DNA of 64,000 nucleotides from Paraphysomonas bandaiensis. Taxonomy: Eukaryota > Protista > Chrysophyceae. Each line of letters begins with the position of its first letter. Positions within the stretch are counted from its first letter, which is position 1. The stretch lies in contig CBFFRP010000162.1 in assembly GCA_965644295.1 (NCBI GenBank), forward strand, positions 34,007 to 98,006, read 5' to 3'. The notes beneath the pieces were generated by a model. It saw only the letters and a program-made list of their open reading frames with translations. It searched no databases and was not told the origin of the DNA. Below, piece by piece: positions 63,929-64,000 of this stretch. The position numbers and the translations under genes were made by a program.

Positions 63929-64000
63929 TATTATACTTTGCTAGTAGTTAGTTTATAAGATGCTTCTTGAGGAGTTGTTGATATCGTTGGATTGGTTTGT

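Larger units (their letters stand above)
53898..64000. repeat. Palindromic HSP20 array: alternating head-to-head and tail-to-tail copies, 2255-bp period, extending beyond the window
   Basis: ORF coordinates 57495/59750/62005 (+) and 56738/58993/61248/63503 (-). Head spacers 331 bp, tail spacers 1072 bp, all near-identical. Confidence 0.97.

Noticed and set aside
1-64000. tRNA, rRNA or a prokaryotic operon/defence island
   Set aside because: None recognised; the genes are intron-containing and eukaryotic.

Overview
Eukaryotic nuclear DNA with short (mostly ~45-110 nt) spliceosomal introns. The gene repertoire suggests a stramenopile, probably an ochrophyte/chrysophyte-like protist (inference). 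Genes, left to right: a membrane hybrid histidine kinase-like protein lacking both phosphoacceptors; a GYF_2-WW-motor-MyTH4-SH3 myosin; TAF5; an SCP2-PX-TM-ABC1 kinase fusion; DAG lipase; an F-box-like protein with ~40 near-identical 29-aa ankyrin repeats; a small membrane protein; an MPC1-MPC2 fusion; a PPDK homologue with most catalytic residues replaced; a TBC-TLDc protein; PPIL4/CYP59; and a >10 kb alternating head-to-head/tail-to-tail array of 8 near-identical HSP20 genes running off the right edge. Long (TATG)n tracts lie just upstream of several genes. Mobile-DNA relics include a pogo-like transposase with an internal fold-back, a truncated Crypton-like tyrosine recombinase, a hAT MITE with 8-bp TSD and three fragments of one retroelement-like family. 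Top candidates for a new system: (1) the F-box/ankyrin array, which varies mainly at the positions randomised in DARPin libraries; (2) the palindromic HSP20 array with inverted spacers; (3) the intact-looking but catalytically dead PPDK next to a single-chain MPC. All exon structures were inferred by eye and are approximate; no database searches were run.
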